Below are positions 37,331 to 47,404 of a stretch of 64,000 bases of DNA, one piece after another. The notes under the pieces are model-generated. The model searched no databases. It was not told where the DNA came from and worked only from the letters and a program-made list of their open reading frames with translations. Source of the DNA: Candidatus Omnitrophota bacterium (GTDB lineage Bacteria > Omnitrophota > Gorgyraeia > Gygaellales > Profunditerraquicolaceae); the NCBI GenBank assembly GCA_963805065.1, contig CAWDSS010000010.1, positions 19,696 through 83,695 on the forward strand, in the 5' to 3' direction. How positions within the stretch are numbered: the stretch's first letter is position 1; each line of letters begins with the position of its first letter. Position numbers and translations under genes: made by a program.

Positions 37331-38143
37331 TCAGAAAAAAGAAATACTAATTTCTTGCGTAGATTCAATTTTAAAAGGAATGTAAATTTCAGTATCAGGG
37401 ACACGTAATTTTCCCGATAATTGGAATATCAGTGGATGGCGCTTGGAAATTTCATTGCGTATTAATTTCGATAAAATATTTCCTACATTAATAGAGCCGG
37501 TTATCTGTCTTGACTGCGACCCTTTAAACAAAGTCTTTGCGAGGCTAATTCTTAAGAAGTCCTTGCCTTCTGCAGAATAAATGCGGATAACGCTGTCTTC
37601 AAGCACTAAATCAATGCTTAATGGATTAGCTATACTTAGGATATACTGGATAGAAGAACGCCCGAAAATATTAGAGTGAAACTTTGTAAAAATATTGACG
37701 TAGAGAGGCCTGGCTATGGTTTCTTTTAAAGCGTCTAAATCTATAACCGCAACTTTGCTTTGTATGGGGATACGTAGATCCATGGCTTTGTAGGTAAATG
37801 TTGTGCGAATGAATACGGTTAAAGACTTCTTATTCAGCACTGAGAGGCCAAGATTAATTCCTACCGCAGCTTCCCGCTCCTGTTTGGATATCACGCGGGG
37901 ATTTTCCCAGCTTAAAATATCCTGGCCTAAAATAGCATTATTTTCATCAGTGATGGTAAGGAAAATTTTATCCAGGTCAAGCGCGCTTTCTGTCGGGTTT
38001 TGGATAACTATTTTTCCCGTTACCCTGATTTTATTCTCCTTAAACACGGGCTCAAGATACGCAACAATTTGCGGTATGGCAATTCCTCTTTTCCCAATAA
38101 TGAATTTGCCAAGAGGAGCACAGCCTGAAATAATAACTGCCAA
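37331..38143 (-). CDS. lipoprotein with two LEA_2/WHy-like beta-sandwich repeats; true start probably upstream (to about 38182)
   Basis: The track start is a TTG inside the lipobox (MAVIISGC). The in-frame upstream sequence SKKITLIITVFVLAVIISGC forms a complete lipoprotein signal preceded by AAAGGAGGG. Confidence 0.5.
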   Translation of the reverse strand: MAVIISGCAPLGKFIIGKRGIAIPQIVAYLEPVFKENKIRVTGKIVIQNPTESALDLDKIFLTITDENNAILGQDILSWENPRVISKQEREAAVGINLGLSVLNKKSLTVFIRTTFTYKAMDLRIPIQSKVAVIDLDALKETIARPLYVNIFTKFHSNIFGRSSIQYILSIANPLSIDLVLEDSVIRIYSAEGKDFLRISLAKTLFKGSQSRQITGSINVGNILSKLIRNEISKRHPLIFQLSGKLRVPDTEIYIPFKIESTQEISISFF

Positions 38144-38199
38144 AACAAAAACCGTGATAATCAGCGTTATTTTCTTACTGATGGACCCTCCTTTATACT

Positions 38200-39066
38200 T
38201 TAAACATCCACCCCGAAAAATTTCCTAGCTGCCAATCCGATAAAGAAACTGATTACAGTAATAGTTAAACTTAATGCTGCCATTTCCAAAAATCGCTTCT
38301 TAAAGTTGAGGCCCTTGGCTACTGACACATAAAAAGTAAAAATAAGCATTAACAGAAGTGCAATGGCAATGGTAAGGCCCAACGCGATAAAAATACTTTT
38401 ACATAGAAAATAGGGCAAAATTAATAACAAAACCGTGCCTACATAGGTAATCCCCGTATATATGCTTGCCTTCAGAGGGTTTTTATCCGTATCTTCATGT
38501 TTAGTGGATAAATATTCAGAGCTGGCCATTGACAAAGAAGCAGCGATACCGGTTATCAGGCCAACCATTCCTATGATATGCGTATTTTGTAAAGCCAGCG
38601 TAAATCCCGCAAGCGCGCCGGTTAACTCTCCCAACGCGTCATTTAAACCCAGGACAATTGAACTTACATATTTAAGGTGCTCTTCATCGATTAAACTGAT
38701 AAGTTCTGTTTCATGTTTTTCCTCGTCGCGTATTATAGATTCTATTTTTGGCGATAGGCTTTTGAGCCGCTCGTAAGCTACCTGTGCTATATGCTCTCCG
38801 GATTCCATAAGCTTCAAACCGAAATTAAGGCCTAAAAATCTAGACATAAACACAAACCAGGATATTTTCAACTTATCGGGCATACTTTCTTCACCGTTTA
38901 AGCCCTTTAATAAATCATAATGCAAAAGCTCTTCTTCAGAAATCCTTTTAAGTATTTCGCTTTGCTGTTTATTTTTTATCACTTGCGAGAGTTTCTGATA
39001 AATTATGTGCTCGGTGAGTTCGTTTCTCTGGAACATTGAGACTAATTCTCTATCTGCACTTTCCAC
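38200..39066 (-). CDS. VIT1/CCC1-family iron/manganese transporter with N-terminal ferritin-like domain
   Basis: Ferritin-like ELTEHIIYQKL...EELLHY...EEKHE followed by the VIT1 membrane domain (SIVLGLNDALGELTGALAG). Confidence 0.85.
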   Translation of the reverse strand: MESADRELVSMFQRNELTEHIIYQKLSQVIKNKQQSEILKRISEEELLHYDLLKGLNGEESMPDKLKISWFVFMSRFLGLNFGLKLMESGEHIAQVAYERLKSLSPKIESIIRDEEKHETELISLIDEEHLKYVSSIVLGLNDALGELTGALAGFTLALQNTHIIGMVGLITGIAASLSMASSEYLSTKHEDTDKNPLKASIYTGITYVGTVLLLILPYFLCKSIFIALGLTIAIALLLMLIFTFYVSVAKGLNFKKRFLEMAALSLTITVISFFIGLAARKFFGVDV

Positions 39067-39087
39067 CTTAATCTCCCCATAGCCCTT

Positions 39088-39486
39088 CTACTTCGCAACA
39101 ATAAGTTTTCCTCGCATATTCATGTGCCCCGGCCCGCAGTAAACCGAACAAAATATGTTGAATGTCCCTTGCTTATCGGCTACAAATTCTACGGTCTGCT
39201 TTTTATTAACAGCTACACTAGCATTTATATTAAATTCGGATATGGCAAAACCATGATCTACGTCGGTGCTGGTTACAATTATACGGACTTTTTCTCCCAA
39301 TTTTACCACGATTGGATCCGGCTCATACTTATAACGGGAGGCTTTAACTTCTATAATCCTTATCCCATTTTCTACCTTTCCTGATAACGCAAAGCCTTGT
39401 TTTGTTTCAGCAGCAATTGCCTGACGGGATAAAACTATTAACATAATAAAAAATAAGACGGCGATAAAAATATAATATTTTCTCAT
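39088..39486 (-). CDS. cupredoxin-fold protein with CuA-like ligand motif
   Basis: DVDHGFAI plus CSVYCGPGHMNM (H...C-x3-C-x3-H-x2-M). I prefer the ATG at 39486, which overlaps the DoxX stop as ATGA. Confidence 0.65.
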   Translation of the reverse strand: MRKYYIFIAVLFFIMLIVLSRQAIAAETKQGFALSGKVENGIRIIEVKASRYKYEPDPIVVKLGEKVRIIVTSTDVDHGFAISEFNINASVAVNKKQTVEFVADKQGTFNIFCSVYCGPGHMNMRGKLIVAK

Positions 39487-39872
39487 CTCTTTAGCTCCTC
39501 TCTCTTTTTCCAAAGGCCAATAATGTTAAACGAATCAACTTTAGCCAATGCCATATAAAGAGCCGCGCCGAATAGGCCGATATCCCTGACTTCCTGGAAT
39601 TTAAGAAAAATTAATATCACTATCAACTCTAATGCGGCTAACCCGGCAAACAAACGGGTAAAAATCCCTCCTATCAGGGCAGCACCAATCAGGACTTCGC
39701 TTGTACCGATTAAAAATAGCGAAACATTAATATCCCAGGGCAATTTCTGCAATATTGCCATTGTTTTAATTGTCTGCGCCCAGATATCGTTCTGGAATTT
39801 ACCAATACCAAATAACAAAAATACCAACCCTAACAGAATGCGCATTAGAGTAAATGCGATTTTACTTTTCAT
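39483..39872 (-). CDS. DoxX-family membrane protein
   Basis: Four TMs, about 129 aa. RILLGLVFLLFGIGKF is typical of DoxX. Confidence 0.7.
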   Translation of the reverse strand: MKSKIAFTLMRILLGLVFLLFGIGKFQNDIWAQTIKTMAILQKLPWDINVSLFLIGTSEVLIGAALIGGIFTRLFAGLAALELIVILIFLKFQEVRDIGLFGAALYMALAKVDSFNIIGLWKKREELKR

Positions 39873-39957
39873 TATAAAATTCCTTTTATGGATTCCATTT
39901 TACTGCTATAGGAAGAGCTGTCAAGGCAAAAACCCTCAAGGCCTGTCACTATCTATA

Positions 39958-41097
39958 TCAGAAAATAAGGAATTTTTGCGCTTTTCGCAGGAATTTGGTT
40001 TGTTTACCTAAATTATTTAGAGAGTGAATTTTTATCCCCTGTTTACGTAAGGCTAAAATCCTATCGACCATAACCTGGCCTAAGCCGGGAACACGCAATA
40101 ACCGGTATAAATCATCCTTATTAATATTAACAGGGAAAAATTCCGGGTGCATATTTGCCCACATTTCTTTGGGGTCAGTAACTAAAGAGAGGTTGCCTCC
40201 TGCGTCAAGGGGAATTTCTTCGGCTTTAAAACCGTATTTTCGCATCAGCCAATCCACCTGATATAAGCGGTGCTCGCGTGTCAGGAGGTCGCTATTGCTG
40301 AACTTTGAATGCTCACCCGGCAAATCAACAGATCCTGCGCCGCGCTGATAAGCGCTAAAATAAATGCGGCCCAGGCCTAATTCCTTATATAGCTTCCATG
40401 AATAGCTGATGATTTCCCGGTCGGTTTCCGTAGAAGCCCCTACCACGAATTGTGTGGTTTGTTTAACTCCGCTATAATCAGCTCCTTTTGCAGTGAGGCT
40501 GCTGATTAATTTTATGGGCTGGATAATGTCGCGCACGTAGTTCTTAGTTGTGCAAAGGCGTTTAAAGTTATCTTCGCCGGCTGTTTCTATATTTAATGAT
40601 ACTGCGCTTGCCAGCGCCAGGCTTTGGCGGATTGCTGCGCTGGATGCGCCGGGAATTATTTTTAAATGAATGTAACCCCTGAATTGCATTTTGCGCAAGT
40701 TAAGCGCCACCCTGTTAATCTGTTCCATGGTAGTATCTGGATTACGAGAAACAGCGCTACTAAGGAATAGCCCGTTTACCCTGCGTGCATTATAATAGGA
40801 AACAAAAGTTTTGGTTAATTCTTCGGCAGTCAGGCTACAACGCCTAGTTTCAGTCCCTGCCCTAAGCGGGCAGTATTTACAGTTGTTAATACATTCGTTA
40901 GAAAGTAGGGTCTTAAACAAAAAAGTTGTCCTGCCGTTTGGCAAAACAACCGGATATATCCATTTGTCATCTTTGGAACGATAACGATGTTCATCCTCAT
41001 ATGTGCCGCAGGCACAGGCAAGGTCGTATTGTGAATCCCGCGAAAGAACTACCAGTTTTTCTTGAGTATCTGGAGTCTTTTTGATTATTAATCCCAT
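39958..41097 (-). CDS. putative DNA modification/repair radical SAM protein (TIGR03916-like)
   Basis: DSQYDLACACG N-terminus, CINNCKYCPLR cluster, C-terminal helix-hairpin-helix-like LLRVPGLGQVMVDRIL. Confidence 0.65.
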   Translation of the reverse strand: MGLIIKKTPDTQEKLVVLSRDSQYDLACACGTYEDEHRYRSKDDKWIYPVVLPNGRTTFLFKTLLSNECINNCKYCPLRAGTETRRCSLTAEELTKTFVSYYNARRVNGLFLSSAVSRNPDTTMEQINRVALNLRKMQFRGYIHLKIIPGASSAAIRQSLALASAVSLNIETAGEDNFKRLCTTKNYVRDIIQPIKLISSLTAKGADYSGVKQTTQFVVGASTETDREIISYSWKLYKELGLGRIYFSAYQRGAGSVDLPGEHSKFSNSDLLTREHRLYQVDWLMRKYGFKAEEIPLDAGGNLSLVTDPKEMWANMHPEFFPVNINKDDLYRLLRVPGLGQVMVDRILALRKQGIKIHSLNNLGKQTKFLRKAQKFLIF

Positions 41098-41119
41098 TTA
41101 CCTACCCCTAAGAAATAAT

Positions 41120-41147
41120 AAACCTTCGCCATTTCTAGCGAAGGTTT
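41120..41147. repeat. family C hairpin AAACCTTCGC...GCGAAGGTTT
   Basis: 10-bp arms with an 8-nt loop and T-rich flanks. A near-identical copy lies at 54703-54730. Confidence 0.5.
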
Positions 41148-41236
41148 TACTTTTTTAGCGTCCAGGAATTCCCCCTTCAAACACAGGACAAACAAATTTA
41201 TAATTAGTATAGCACGGAAAATACAAAATTTAATAG

Positions 41237-41548
41237 CTATTTATGAATAGACTGAATAATATGGATAACCACAATACTTACCCCTATGCATATCCTGGCG
41301 CAACGGGTAATCTGGTTACGCACTAAAGCATCCTTATGCTTGAAAATAGAAATCAGGCCTTCCATAATTAGGAATAGGCCTACGGGAAATGCTGCAATAT
41401 CTACGATGAGGGGTTCAAGATAACTGCAGGGCACTAGAATTTGTTTGTCGGCTTGAATTTGCAAAAAATACGCTAAATAAGCGCTTACGCAGGAGGAAAA
41501 CGCCGTTAATATTAATGTCCTCTTAAGGGAGGAGTAAATTTTTTCCAT
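41237..41548 (-). CDS. hypothetical membrane protein (3 TM)
   Basis: Hydrophobic helices only. No recognisable family. Confidence 0.4.
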   Translation of the reverse strand: MEKIYSSLKRTLILTAFSSCVSAYLAYFLQIQADKQILVPCSYLEPLIVDIAAFPVGLFLIMEGLISIFKHKDALVRNQITRCARICIGVSIVVIHIIQSIHK

Positions 41549-41618
41549 AAGATTAATTGATTATAGCTTACCGTGATTATTTTTGCAATAAAGATATTTT
41601 GACAGGATATATTTTAGG

Positions 41619-42530
41619 TTATATCGCGGATTTATTACATTCTTGCGGCGGATTCGTAAAGGCAGAACAAATAGCCTGTTGTATTGCCTGCGCACCCTGA
41701 TAAATAGAGTTGCTCTTTAGCCCGTTTATAATCAGGGTCGGGCTGGCATTTGCGCTGTATTTTTTAGCCTCATCTGCATTTTGCTTCAATAAATTTAAAC
41801 CCTGCTGGCCGTAAGCAAAAGACTCTATTTTGTTTGTATCCATTTTTAATTCCTTGGCAGATTTTTTCCAATAATCTTCCAGTTTTATTGCACCGCAGGA
41901 AATAACGCAGGAGTTTTGATTTATCTTTTCTATATAGGAAGAAAACTTATCGGGATAATACTGCATTATAGCAGCCTGCCTTGCGTCTTCTCTTGCTTCG
42001 TCATTCCCGTGCAATGAAGCAACTTCATTTATGGAATTACCTCGAACATCTGTGATAAACTTAATTTTAAAATCCACCTTGTCAGAAAAATTCTTAACTA
42101 CCGGTAAAATTTCTTTTTCTGCTTTGATGCCATAAGGGCACAGGCTCATTACGAATAATTCAATTACCGGGGTTTTCGCCTTAGCAGGTGTCACTTCTTT
42201 TACTTCCTTTTGCTTTTTGGCTGACTCTTCGAATTTGGCAATATCAATTATGCCGTTAGGAATAATCAATGATGCGCCGTTTTTAGTGAGATAAAAAGTC
42301 TGGCTATTATTGTTGACACTGATATTAACTTTATAAAGGCCGTTTTCTTCCACGGGTTTGCCTGAAATTGTTGCGCTTTTGTCGGGGACAAAATACTGGT
42401 TAATAATATTTACCACTCTTTTAGCTGCTTTTTCAGGGCCGAGTGTTTTCCGGGGGAAGAACGCCAAGGATGAAACAATAAGCACAAATATGCCAAGCAA
42501 TAAAATCTTTCTGATGATTTTGTTTGTCAT
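41619..42530 (-). CDS. membrane-anchored thioredoxin-fold (DsbA/GILT-like) protein
   Basis: N-terminal TM. IELFVMSLCPYGIKAE sits at the expected active-site position, but as CPYG rather than CxxC. Confidence 0.5.
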   Translation of the reverse strand: MTNKIIRKILLLGIFVLIVSSLAFFPRKTLGPEKAAKRVVNIINQYFVPDKSATISGKPVEENGLYKVNISVNNNSQTFYLTKNGASLIIPNGIIDIAKFEESAKKQKEVKEVTPAKAKTPVIELFVMSLCPYGIKAEKEILPVVKNFSDKVDFKIKFITDVRGNSINEVASLHGNDEAREDARQAAIMQYYPDKFSSYIEKINQNSCVISCGAIKLEDYWKKSAKELKMDTNKIESFAYGQQGLNLLKQNADEAKKYSANASPTLIINGLKSNSIYQGAQAIQQAICSAFTNPPQECNKSAI

Positions 42531-42555
42531 GATATTTTTCTATGCGGGGCTAAAG

Positions 42556-42729
42556 CTAAGATTTTCTTCTTTGTTTAATTCTTAAAATCCCCACCATTGC
42601 ATTCCAAAGCCAGATTTCCTGTTCTTCGGGAGTCAGATCAAATAACCACTCCCGAAACATATCGTTGCACATTGCTATCATCCAGTCTTTGGGTTTTTGT
42701 TCTGCCTTCTCCTCTGCTACCTGTAACAT
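42556..42729 (-). CDS. small hypothetical ORF (57 aa), below the track threshold
   Basis: Hand translation: MLQVAEEKAEQKPKDWMIAMCNDMFREWLFDLTPEEQEIWLWNAMVGILRIKQRRKS. Shine-Dalgarno GGAGGTG lies 5 nt upstream. Confidence 0.35.
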   Translation of the reverse strand: MLQVAEEKAEQKPKDWMIAMCNDMFREWLFDLTPEEQEIWLWNAMVGILRIKQRRKS

Positions 42730-42796
42730 TGTTCACCTCCGTGGCTGTTAGGTGATTAATAATAGTAACTTTTTAAAAGTTTTAATAATCTATGGA

Positions 42797-42832
42797 TAAA
42801 AAAAGACACTTCATTATTGCAAGTCGTCTTTT
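42797..42832 (-). terminator. imperfect hairpin plus T-run after 42941-43588
   Basis: On the minus strand AAAAGACGACTTG...GAAGTGTCTTTTTTT. Confidence 0.45.
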
Positions 42833-42940
42833 AAATTAACAAATATGCTAACTACTTACCTTCAATTTTCAATTATATTTTAACTCAGCTTCTCTATGCT
42901 TGTCAAGATTTATTTATAATGCAGTAAGGCCCATCTAGAA

Positions 42941-43588
42941 TCATCTAACAAATGAAGCTATTAGCGAGATAAACAGCAATAAACCGGTAGATAATGCAAC
43001 TATTCCCGCTGGCCTTGTGCCTTTTTGCATTGCCTCCAAAGAAACAGCATCAGCATCCACGCACAATATGGCAACTGCCTTTCCGCTTGCATCCCGGATA
43101 GGAGCATAGCCGGAAATTACCGAGCCCCACTTATCAGTAGTAATTTTTTTATCTGCGGAAGGGCCATTATAACCGCTCAGCATCTCTGGAATCCCCCGGG
43201 CATCATATTTGTCTCCGGGAAAGGAAGTCGGACATCTTGCGGTTACTACCTGCGGCAGCGGATCAGCATCAACCACATATTGTAGAATGCCGGGCTGGTC
43301 TGTAGCAGTCATTATATAAACATATTTAACAGAAGGATTGGCTTTCTTTATATCCTCCAATTTGTGAAACACTACCATATATTCAGGAGAACTTTCGCTC
43401 TCTTGCCGTAAAGGAATCTTAAGGACTGCATTTGCATCTATAGATAGCGCGGCATTAGAGGCAATGCTCATCAGGCGCTGCCTTGTCTCACTAAAGGCAG
43501 ATTGCAGGCGGTATTCGTAAAAAATAAAAGCTATGAGTGCCACTAAGAATAATGTAGCTGCCCAAAAAACCCACAATAACTTTTTCAT
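42941..43588 (-). CDS. two-TM protein with Cache/PDC-like periplasmic domain and no output domain
   Basis: TMs at both ends. The central region YVYIMTATDQPGILQYVVDADP...WGSVISGYAPIRDASGKAVAILCVDAD resembles sensor Cache domains. Confidence 0.5.
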   Translation of the reverse strand: MKKLLWVFWAATLFLVALIAFIFYEYRLQSAFSETRQRLMSIASNAALSIDANAVLKIPLRQESESSPEYMVVFHKLEDIKKANPSVKYVYIMTATDQPGILQYVVDADPLPQVVTARCPTSFPGDKYDARGIPEMLSGYNGPSADKKITTDKWGSVISGYAPIRDASGKAVAILCVDADAVSLEAMQKGTRPAGIVALSTGLLLFISLIASFVR

Positions 43589-43772
43589 TATTCGCTCCTT
43601 TTTGCTCAGAACACTATTATATTTTACCCCTCTTATTTCCCGAAAACAAGCTTAAAAGGCAAGAAGGCAATTTCTAAAGCCCCAGGCAGCATTCATGGTA
43701 TCGCAAACACAGGAAATTATATACGCGATACATAATTATGGCAAGGATATTCGTTTTCAAAACGTTTCCCAT

Positions 43773-44183
43773 TTATTTAATCTTAATCAGAGGATTAAGC
43801 GCCAGGCGCAATAAAATGATCGCCAGAATCACACCGAAAGCAATATTACGCAGGCTCCTGTACATATTTACTTTCTTATTTCTGTCTTCAACCATGTTTT
43901 GTAAATATTTTCCCGGATCATTAATACTCGCAAGCTTCTGCTTAAAAGCTTCTGCCACTTTTCTTTCCCGCGGCATATTATCCCTAAGAATAGCTTTCTC
44001 CAGTTCAAGCCTTAAACCGGGCATGCCGCCGATTTGATAAGCAACATTAAGTTTGCCATATAAATATAATTCTGTTCCATAATACATCATCCTGCGTACA
44101 GCGTAGATGTTGGCAATCAGGAATAAAAGCATGAGCAAAATTGTGATTGCCAGTCTGATTTTTCGCGCTTGGGAAAGTTCCAT
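43773..44183 (-). CDS. hypothetical membrane protein (2 TM)
   Basis: Hydrophobic N- and C-terminal helices. No family recognised. Confidence 0.4.
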   Translation of the reverse strand: MELSQARKIRLAITILLMLLFLIANIYAVRRMMYYGTELYLYGKLNVAYQIGGMPGLRLELEKAILRDNMPRERKVAEAFKQKLASINDPGKYLQNMVEDRNKKVNMYRSLRNIAFGVILAIILLRLALNPLIKIK

Positions 44184-44191
44184 ATGAATAT

Positions 44192-45323
44192 TTAGGCCAT
44201 TCTCCTCTTGAATCTCAAAATGCTAAGGCTTATTACGGTCATGCCCATGATTAAAAGTATCAACAGCTGATCCCAAAGTATATCAATCCCTACTCCCTTC
44301 AAAAATATACCTCTGATAATCACCAGAAAATAGCGCATAGGATTAATTAATGTAAACCACTGGATGATTTGCGGCATATTGGCTATTGGGTAGGCAAATC
44401 CGGACAACAAAAATGTCGGCATGTAAAAAAGAAACACCGACATCATAGCTTCCTGCTGTGTGGAAGCAATAGTAGAAATAAACAGCCCCGCGCCTAACGA
44501 AGTAAATAAATAAACGCATGTGGCTAACGCCAAAAAAAGCAAACTTCCTCTTAACGGTATATGAAACCAGAATACCGCAAGGCTGGTGATGAGGCTGGAT
44601 TGAATTAGGGCAATGATGCCAAAAGGAATAAGTTTACCGATAATAAGTTCAAGCGGCATTAGGGGGCTAACAATCAACTGCTCCATGGTGCCAATCTCCT
44701 TCTCCCTTACAATAGCCATAGCAGTCAATAATAGAGACATAATGGTAACGATAGAAGCAATAACTCCCGGCAGATAATAATTCCTGGAAATAAGATTTTC
44801 ATTAAACCAGGCGCGGTCTCTTAAGTCTACTGACTGCGCCTGCACCTATCAAGCCCTTTGCGTCAATATCCTGCTTAATCAGGCGGTATTGGTAATTGCT
44901 CATAATCGTATTGGCATAGCCAAGTATGACCATGGCGGTATTTGAATCTGAACCGTCAAGAGACAAGCTGCACATTCGCGCTTTTGCCGGCTAAAACATC
45001 CCGGCCAAAACCGCGGTCAATGCGTATAACTGCACTGGTTTTTCCCCTATCGATGAGCCGATCCTGCTCTTCCTTGCTATAGATATAATATTTGGGGATG
45101 AAATATTTGGAGTAAGTAAAATCGCGCAAAAGCTCGCGGCTTTCCTTGGTATTATCCTGGTCGTAAATTGCCGCGGGATATAATCAATGTCTTTGTTGGC
45201 GGCATAGCCAAAGAGAAGTATCTGGATAAGCGGAGAAATAAAAATAACCGTCTTCATGCGCGGGTCGCGTAAGACCTGTTTGAATTCTTTGATCAGTATT
45301 GCCCTAACCCTTTCAAACATCAT
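44192..45323 (-). pseudogene. ABC-2 permease (YbhR-like), frameshifted
   Basis: The N-terminus MMFERVRAILIKEFKQVLRDPRMK (from 45323) and the C-terminal fragment 44192-44845 are collinear only after at least 2 frame changes between about 45180 and 44850. Confidence 0.65.
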
Positions 45324-46457
45324 CAGAGCCACCTTTTTCTTGAATTTTCTTACCGCAAGATTAAACATGAGAAACGCGAATAAAAATAAAAACAGCGATT
45401 CATACCACAATACACGCATGCCGCTTCCCTTTAAAAATAATCCTCTTAAGATAAATATGAAATAACGCGCCGGGACAAAATAAGTGATTGACCTGATAAT
45501 CGGCGGCATATTAAAAATCGGATATATAAAACCGGAAAGGAGCATTGTGGGTATGAATGTGGTAAGTGTTGCCAGCTGGCTGGCTAGTAATTGCGTCCTG
45601 GCAGTGATAGAGATGAATATTCCCTGCGATAGCGCGCCGATTAAAAACAGCGCGCTTAATACAACCAGCAAAAGATAATTTCCCCTAAAAGGCACCCCGA
45701 ATAAAAATCTAATCATAATTACGCCTACGCTAAGGTCAAAAAAACCTATTGTAAAATAGGGCAGAAGCTTACCTACGATAAGCTCTAATGGCTTTACAGG
45801 AGTAGAAATCAACTGCTCCATAGTGCCTCTCTCCCATTCCCTGGCAACGCAAATGGAAGTAAGCAGCGCTGCGATAATCATTATGATCATTGCGATGACC
45901 CCCGGAGTGATAAACCACCTGCTGGTCAACCCCATATTAAACCAAATCCTGGAGCGCAGGTCTACGGACCTCTCTGGCTTAATGCCATACTTGGCAAATG
46001 TCTTTACCAATAAATTTAAATTGTATGTGGCAACCACCGAACGCACATACCCCATGGCAATGGTTGCGGTATTAGAGTCGCTTCCATCCACCAATAACTG
46101 CAATGGTGCAGCTTTCGCGGATTGAAGATAGTGGGAAAAATCCTTGGGGATTATCAATGCCATCATCGCCTGGCCGTTATTGATCATGCGTTCGATATCG
46201 CGGTAATTATCCGTGTAGGAGATGATTCTAAAATATTTGGAATTTTTAAAATTGAGCAGGAAATCGCGGGTAAGCTGCGAAGAGGTGTCCTGGTTCCAAA
46301 CTACTGTACGGACCCTATCGATATCCAAAGAAAGGCCGTAACCAAAAATTATCAATAAAAATACCGGGATCACCAAAGCCAAAGCCAGCGAACGCGGATC
46401 GCGCTTAATCTGGATAAATTCCTTATTGGATATTGCCCACGTCCTTTTCAGGTTCAT
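45324..46457 (-). CDS. ABC-2 permease (YbhS-like); no stop separates it from the next permease
   Basis: Track ORF 44991-46457. Residues 1 to about 378 form a complete ABC-2 permease. The frame then reads straight into the MMFERV... start of the second permease. Confidence 0.7.
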
Positions 46458-47404
46458 TTGTCCTTATGCTCTGCGTCGTAATTCTCAACCAGGGAAACAA
46501 ATACGTCTTCCAAAGAAGGCAAAATCTTATTTATGGAATAATTAGTTACGTTCTCCTTTGCAAAAATATTTTTCAATGCCGCGGTAGCTACCTTAGCTTC
46601 ATAGACCACAACGTGTAAATTTACGCCAAATAACGCGGCATCCTTTACCGATTTCAATTTTGAGATTTTATCCAGCCACAGCTCGGCGTGCGGCATAATA
46701 ATTTCCAGAATTTCATGCTTCATAATGGTAGTCTTCATCTCCTGTGGACTACCCATGGCAATCATCGTGCCGTGGTAAATCATCACCAAGCGGTTACAAT
46801 TCTCTGCCTCATCCATATAATGAGTAGTTACAAAAATAGTCTTGCCTTGTTCAGCCATTTCCTTGATAATCTTCCAGAAATTACTGCGAGTTATCGGGTC
46901 AACCCCCGAGGTCGGCTCATCCAGGAAAATAATATTTGGTTGATGAATAATAGCGCATCCGATAGCCAAGCTCTGCTTCCATCCACCGGAAAGCGTGCCT
47001 GTGAGGTTTTTTCGGAAATCATCAATGCCGGCTAACTTTATGGTTTCGTTTTTCCTCTGTTCTCTTTCAGCTTTAGGAATCGTATAAATACTGCTGTAGA
47101 AATCGATATTCTCTTCCACGGTAAGGTCATCATAAAGAGAAAACTTCTGGGACATATAGCCGATATTTTGCTTGATGTTATGCTGCTCTTTCATGATATC
47201 AAACCCGCCTACTGTGCCGCTGCCCGAAGTCGGCGAATAAATACCGCAAAGCATCCTTATGGTAGTGGATTTTCCTGCGCCGTTTGGCCCCAGGAATCCA
47301 AAGATCTCACCTTGTTTTACCTCGAAATTGATATGATTAACCGCGGTAAAACTGCCGAATGTTTTTTCCAGGTTATCTACTTTTACGGCGATATTATTAT
47401 CCAT
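46454..47404 (-). CDS. ABC transporter ATP-binding protein (intact)
   Basis: Walker A GPNGAGKST, signature LSGGWKQ, Walker B IIFLDEPT. Confidence 0.9.
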   Translation of the reverse strand: MDNNIAVKVDNLEKTFGSFTAVNHINFEVKQGEIFGFLGPNGAGKSTTIRMLCGIYSPTSGSGTVGGFDIMKEQHNIKQNIGYMSQKFSLYDDLTVEENIDFYSSIYTIPKAEREQRKNETIKLAGIDDFRKNLTGTLSGGWKQSLAIGCAIIHQPNIIFLDEPTSGVDPITRSNFWKIIKEMAEQGKTIFVTTHYMDEAENCNRLVMIYHGTMIAMGSPQEMKTTIMKHEILEIIMPHAELWLDKISKLKSVKDAALFGVNLHVVVYEAKVATAALKNIFAKENVTNYSINKILPSLEDVFVSLVENYDAEHKDK

